A stretch of 64,000 nt of DNA from Kofleriaceae bacterium. GTDB taxonomy: Bacteria; Myxococcota_A; Polyangia; Haliangiales; Haliangiaceae. Under the pieces are notes generated by a model. The model saw only the letters and a program-made list of their open reading frames with translations, ran no database searches and was not told the DNA's origin. This document shows, in pieces, positions 58,690 through 64,000 of the stretch. The stretch lies in assembly GCA_965215005.1 (NCBI GenBank), contig CBDCCZ010000042.1, forward strand, positions 1-64,000, in the 5' to 3' direction. A program made the translations under genes and the position numbers. Positions within the stretch are counted from its first letter, which is position 1; every line of letters starts with the position of its first letter.

Positions 58690-59107
58690 GTGGCTGTCGA
58701 TGGTGACGAAGCTCCCGTGCCCGCAAGCGATCCCGCGGCTGGGCCGCGCGCCCACGACTCGCTCGACGATGAGCCGGTGCCGCGGCTGCCGCGCGGTCGT
58801 GGCTGGCGGTTCTCCATCGCCGACGTGATCCGCATCGCCATGGTGAGCTCGCTGCTGGTCGCGGTGATCCTGTTGCAGCAGCCCTGCGCAGACAACGTCG
58901 GTCGCTTCGTCGAAAGCTTCAGTCCTCAAGACGCGGCGGTCCCGACGACCGACGATGAGCTGGTGCCGTCGGGCAACTACGTTCGCCTCAGCGGCGACAT
59001 GAGCGAGCAAGAGGTCAAGGAGGCAATCGAGCGTCTGCGCGATGCGGGGACCCACTCCTTGATGCGCGCCGGCGGTGGCCGGTGCGGCCAGACTCGCACG
59101 AGGATGA
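58690..59107 (+). CDS. Hypothetical single-TM protein; 3' end uncertain
   Basis: PRLPRGRGWRFS followed by TM IRIAMVSSLLVAVILL. As read the ORF runs to 59295, overlapping recJ, which suggests a late indel. Confidence 0.5.
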
Positions 59108-59119
59108 CCCGGCCGGTTC

Positions 59120-60833
59120 TCAGATCCGATGCACGGTGCGAAGCTCGAGCTCGAGGGTTCGCCGGCCGCGCCAAAGGTTTTCCGTGGGAGCGAAGGTGGC
59201 GTGGATGCTGGCGCCAACGCCAGGATCTTGCGGGCCTAGACCAAAACCAATGGCCGCGACTGAGCGCCCACTGCGGTCCGCCACCTCGAGCTTGAGGTGC
59301 GAGCCATCGCCGACGCGCCGACTCGAGCGAACCGTGAGCTCGCGGCACGCGAGCAGCGGGTCGGGATTGCCTTTGCCGAACGGCGCCAGGCTTGCGAGCT
59401 CGCGGGCGAGCTGCGCATCGATCTCGCCAAGCTCGACCTCGGCGTCGACTTCATGCGGGCGCACCTCAATGGTTTGCCGCTGCCGTTCTACCGCTGAATG
59501 GATGGCATCTCGCAGCGGCTCCAAGTGAGCACTGGCGACACTAAAGCCGGCAGCAGCGGCATGACCGCCAAACCGCTGCAGCTGCGGCGCACTGGCCCCG
59601 AGCACTTCGTATAGATCGATACCATCGATGGAGCGCGCAGAGGCCGCGGCCTTCCCCCGTGATGGGATCGACCGCGATGACGAACGCAGGCCGCTGATAG
59701 CGATCGACGAGCTTGGCGGCCACGATGCCAACCACGCCACTTGCCCAACCCCGTCCAGCGACCACCACGGCCGGGCCCGGGTCGGCATCGCCGAGCAGCG
59801 CGCTAGCTTCTTCGAGCGCGCGGGTCTTGCTCGAGGCCGCCGCTGCGCATTGGCCTCTTCGAGCCGCGCCGCGCAAAGCCATTGCGTCGTGCTCATCGGC
59901 TAGCAGCAGCGCCAGCGCCGGCTCGGCATCGCCCAGCCGGCCCGGAGCGTTGAGTCGCGGGCCGAGCTTCCAGGCGACCGTTCGCTCGTCGATCGGGCGC
60001 TCGAGGTCGACCCCCGCCGTGTGCAGTAGCGCCGCCAGACCCGGCCGCTGCCGCGACTGCATGAGCCGCAGCCCGAGCGCCGTGAGAATGCGATTCTCTC
60101 CCTGCAGCGGAACCAAGTCGCAGATGGTTCCGAGCGCGACGAGATCGAGCAGGTCACGTAGCTCCGGTTGCGGCCGATTCGCGAAATAGCCCTGCGCAAC
60201 CAGGCGCGTGCGCACCGCGGCCATGACATAGAAGGCCAAGCCCACGGACGCCATGCCGCGAAACGGAAACGTCGAGTCGTGGCGAAAGGGATTGATCAGC
60301 GCCAGCGCCGGGTGCGGCGCGCCGTCCGTTGCGGGCACCGTGTGGTGATCGACCACGACGACCTCGATGCCGAGCGCGCGAGCATGTTCGATGGCAGCGA
60401 GGTCGCTGGTACCGCAGTCGCCGGTGATGATGAGCTCGCAGCCGGCGGCATGCAGCTGCGCGGCGTCTTCGACCCCAAAGCCATACCCGGCGTCACGGCG
60501 CGCCACACGAGCCACGCACTCGATACCCGCGCCCCGAAGGTAAGAGGTCATCAGCGCCGCGGTCGTGACACCGTCGACGTCATAGTCGCCAAAGATGCCG
60601 ATGCGCTGGCCGGTCATCGCCGCCTTGACGATGCGATCGACCGCCTCCTCGAGCCCGGCCAACCCGCGCGGCACTCGCAGCGCAGCTAGCCGCGGCTCGA
60701 GGTACGCGCGCCCAGACACCGCGCAGTCAACGCCGCGAGCTGCGAGGCACCGTGCGGTAACCGGACTGATGCCGAGCGTGACGCTCAGATTCGTGACGAC
60801 GTCGGGGCTGATGGTGCGAACGGTCCAAGGCAC
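59120..60833 (-). CDS. recJ: ssDNA exonuclease RecJ, about three frameshifts (~59640-59880)
   Basis: GDYDVDG, DCGT, DHH, LGTICDLVPLQGENR, PRLNAPGRL, GGHAAAAG, PFGKGNPDP. Confidence 0.93.
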
Positions 60834-60943
60834 CGCAGCACCGTACTTGCCCCCTCTGACACGTCGGAAATAGCTCCGACCGGCAGCAACTAAGCGCACG
60901 GCGAGTCCGTGCGCCTGCTCGAGTGACCGCCGAAGGCCGGTTT

Positions 60944-62183
60944 TCAAGCCTTCCCGCGGCCCCCCGGATAGAAGCGAGCGTCAGCCCACAAGAGGAACGG
61001 TGACGCGACAAAGATCGAGGAGTACACCCCAACCACCACGCCGACGTTCATTGCGAAAGCGAAGTTCCGCACCAGTCCGGTGCCGAAGATGTTCATCATC
61101 AACGTCACCACGAACAACGTGAGGGAGGTGAGTAAGGTACGACTGAGGGTCTCGTTGAGCGAGATGTTCACCACACGCGGCAGCCGCTTATCCGTGAGCC
61201 GCCCAACGTTCTCACGAATTCGATCGAAAATGATGACCGTGTCATTGACGGAGTAGCCGATGACCGTGAGGAGCGCGGCCACGCTGGTGAGGGAAACGTC
61301 CATCCACGTCACCGCAAATACGCCAACTACCAAAATCGAGTCGTGAAGGAGCGCGATCACCGCCCCTGGCGCGTACCGAATGTCGAAACGGAACGCCAAG
61401 TATAGAAGGGATCAGCGCCACCGAGTAGAACAGCGCCTTGATGCCATCGTTGCGCAGCCGGTCACCCGCTTTGGCGCCCTACGCCATAGGCTTGAATGAC
61501 GGTCGCGTCGACGCCTGTGGCCTCTTCGAGGATCCGCTCGAACTGGCGATCGATGCCTCGAATGGCAAACTGCGCGGTGTACCTCGTCTGTCCCCGCCTC
61601 GGCGGTGCGAAAGCGCTCGCCTTGCTCACCCCAGTCTTTCATCTCCAGATCCTGCGAGGAGAAGAACTCCTTGACCGCCGCTTCGTCGAAGGCTTGCTTC
61701 GAGCGCACAAACAACCGGTCTCCCGACCACTGCGCGCTGAGGATGTCGCGACCGGTAAATTTCTCCAGAAAGGCGTCGAGAACCGCTTCAGCGCGCGCGT
61801 CCTCGAGTGCCCCGTACTCCGGCGTGCGGATCAGTAGCCCGTGAGCGGTCTTGGGCTGGCCGTCTTCGAAGACCTCCCACGTAAAATCCGAGACGTCAAA
61901 GCCGCTCATTCCGGCGTTGTTGAGCGCCTCGCGAGCCGCTCCGGGACTGATAGTGATCAACTGCTCATCTTCGCCGCGGAACTCGAACACGAGCTCCGTG
62001 CCGCCTTTTGAAGTCAATCGTCCAGTTTAGGTAGTCACCACGGACCGCCTTGTTGACGAACAACATCCCAATGCTGGCCGCGATGAGCACCACGGAAATC
62101 AGCACCCAGGTCCTCGTCCGGCCGACGAACTCGAAGTTGCTCCCTGGCTTGACCAGCTCGCGAAATGGCTTGTGTGTTGCCAT
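60944..62183 (-). CDS. secF: Protein translocase subunit SecF, several frameshifts
   Basis: IDFKGGT, FRF, ALLHD, IGYSVNDTVIIFDRIREN, TLSRTLLTS across three or more frames. Confidence 0.93.
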
Positions 62184-62204
62184 AGGTACCCTCTTCGTCT
62201 CGGG

Positions 62205-64000
62205 CTAGATGCCGAGGACGACGTTCTTCTTGCGGCCGATGTAGTACTCGAAGAACAGCCGCGTGCACCAGGTGGCGGTGAATAGCGTGCTGCCGATACC
62301 GATTAGCAACATCACGGCAAAGCCGCGAATTGGCCCGGAGCCGTACTGCATGAGCACGTAGCCGGCCGCCGCGGTGGTGAGCTGACCGTCGAGAATGGCG
62401 GCGAACCCGCGGCTAAAGCCGGCATCCACCGCACCGCGCACCGATTTGCCCGTACGAAGCTCTTCGCGGATGCGCTCGTAGATGATGATGTTGGCGTCCA
62501 CTGCCATGCCTACCGTGAGCACCAGCGCCGCGATGCCGGGCAGCGTCAGCGTCGCTCCGAACCACGACAGAGTCGCCATCATGAACAGTAGGTTGAGGCC
62601 GAGCGCAACGATGGAGATAACGCCGCTGGTCCGATAGATGTAGATCATGATCAGGACCACCAGCAGCGAGCCGAGCAGGAACGCGGTGCGGGCCTTGCGC
62701 ACCGCATCGCGGCCGAGCAGCGGCCCGACCTCGGAAACCGACTCTTCTTGCAGCGGCGCTGGCAAGCTGCCGGTCTTGAGCACCGCCACCAGGTCTTGGG
62801 CCTCTGCTTGGGCCACGAGGTTATCGGAGGCGCCCATGCTGATGGAGGAGCTGCCGCCGCGAATCGCCGATTGAATCTGCGGCGCCGAATTGATGGTCTC
62901 ATCGAGGATGATCGCCATCTTCTTGCCCACGTTCTTGGCCGTGAGATCGCCAAAGCGCCGGCCGCCGTAGCGGTTGAAGTTGATCAACACTTCGGGTCGA
63001 TTGGTGGTCGAGTTCCAGTAGACGTAGGCGTCCTGCACCGAGGAGCCCGACAACTCGACTGCTCGAAGGAGGTAGTAGCTCCGCCAGTAAGCGTCGTTAT
63101 CGCCTTCGGCGCCGGTGCCCGGATTAATCTCTTGAAAGGCAAGCTGATGGTCATCGTCGGGGGCGAGCGGGGGATCCTCGGCAGCCAGCGCCGCGATGTA
63201 CTCGTCGAGCACCTGTCGGCCGCTCACGAAGCACTCGACCTTGCCGCCGATTTGCGCGGCGCTGCGGTCGTGACAGCCGAGCTCGGCCGCTTCTTCGGGG
63301 GTCACCGAGCGCGTCTGGCCCGAGGCCTTGAGGTAGTAGTCCTGAAACTGTCCTTGGGTATCGTGTGACCACAGGTCGACGTCGGCCGTGATGCCGAGCT
63401 GCTGGGCGAGCGCGTCCCCCTTCTCGACCCGACGATAGACGCTCTGCATGAAGGGCGAGCCGTCGTCGACGATCTTGAACTCGAGCTTTGCGGTGCGGGC
63501 GATGAGATCCCGCACGCGGGTGGTCTCCTCCGGGTCGAGTCCCGGGAGCTCGACGATGATTTGGTCGCCCTTCTCGATGACCGTTGGCTCCGCGACGCCT
63601 TTGGCGTCGATGCGATCGCGGATGGTGAGCACCGCCTGCTGAAGCGCGGCTTTGCGAATGCCCTCGGCATATTCCGAAGAAACCCGCCAGCATTTGCCGC
63701 TGGTGACGCCGGAAGGACAGTCGAGCGGCACCAAGGTTTCGTCGTAGTCGGTGACGAACGACTCGTCGATGCGCGCCAGCGCCGCCGGGTCATCGACCTG
63801 CACCACCACCGCGCCGAGCGGCGTGCGCGGCGTGGAGACGCGCGCCTGCACGTCCATCTCCTCGAGCCGCGCCTCGAAGTCGCGCTTGATCTCGGTGGCC
63901 TTGTCATCGACCGCCTTATCGAGGTCGATGCTGTAGACGATGTGCAAGCCACCCTGGAGATCGAGCCCCAGGCTGATGCGCTTGTTGAAGATCTGCGAGA
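62205..64000 (-). CDS. secD: Protein translocase subunit SecD, 5' end outside the window
   Basis: LGLDLQGG, RIDAKGVAEP, GSLPAPL, TLTLPGIA, GMAVDANIIIYERIREE. Confidence 0.96.
   Translation of the reverse strand, partial: SQIFNKRISLGLDLQGGLHIVYSIDLDKAVDDKATEIKRDFEARLEEMDVQARVSTPRTPLGAVVVQVDDPAALARIDESFVTDYDETLVPLDCPSGVTSGKCWRVSSEYAEGIRKAALQQAVLTIRDRIDAKGVAEPTVIEKGDQIIVELPGLDPEETTRVRDLIARTAKLEFKIVDDGSPFMQSVYRRVEKGDALAQQLGITADVDLWSHDTQGQFQDYYLKASGQTRSVTPEEAAELGCHDRSAAQIGGKVECFVSGRQVLDEYIAALAAEDPPLAPDDDHQLAFQEINPGTGAEGDNDAYWRSYYLLRAVELSGSSVQDAYVYWNSTTNRPEVLINFNRYGGRRFGDLTAKNVGKKMAIILDETINSAPQIQSAIRGGSSSISMGASDNLVAQAEAQDLVAVLKTGSLPAPLQEESVSEVGPLLGRDAVRKARTAFLLGSLLVVLIMIYIYRTSGVISIVALGLNLLFMMATLSWFGATLTLPGIAALVLTVGMAVDANIIIYERIREELRTGKSVRGAVDAGFSRGFAAILDGQLTTAAAGYVLMQYGSGPIRGFAVMLLIGIGSTLFTATWCTRLFFEYYIGRKKNVVLGI

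Overview
High-GC bacterial DNA of myxobacterial character (Myxococcota, inferred from Glt gliding-type genes, a poly-HAMP kinase and gene order; not confirmed by a search). Bases 1 to ~2716 hold the 3' part of glmS, three ~135-bp MITE/BIME-like elements in alternating orientation and a 5'-truncated fabH. At a 19-bp palindrome this block joins abruptly to a 5'-truncated GltD-like gene, probably a contig join or chimera. Next come a Glt-type TPR/TonB cluster (gltD-E-F-G, an extra lipoprotein, a gltH-like barrel), a membrane GAF-GGDEF cyclase, an unannotated 58-aa ORF and two lipoproteins. An envelope block follows (lysS-lolE-barrel-GNAT-lolD-bamA-skp-fabZ), then prfB with its programmed +1 frameshift, purF, an FHA protein and a Cys-rich lipoprotein. 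An 11-kb signalling cluster contains REC-HK-REC, a ~2085-aa poly-HAMP hybrid kinase, cheR, cheB, an output-less dCache-HAMP receptor and a small helical protein. The rest is housekeeping: purC/purB/dut, the rimP-nusA-ylxR-infB-ylxP-rbfA-nrnA-truB-rpsO-pnp operon, a nitrilase, recJ and secF/secD. Several conserved genes (glmS, pnp, nusA, recJ, secF) are frameshifted, most likely by sequencing indels. No tRNA, rRNA, CRISPR array or transposase was seen. The best candidate for an under-described system is the receptor-split CheR/CheB poly-HAMP kinase cluster; the variant Glt cluster is second.
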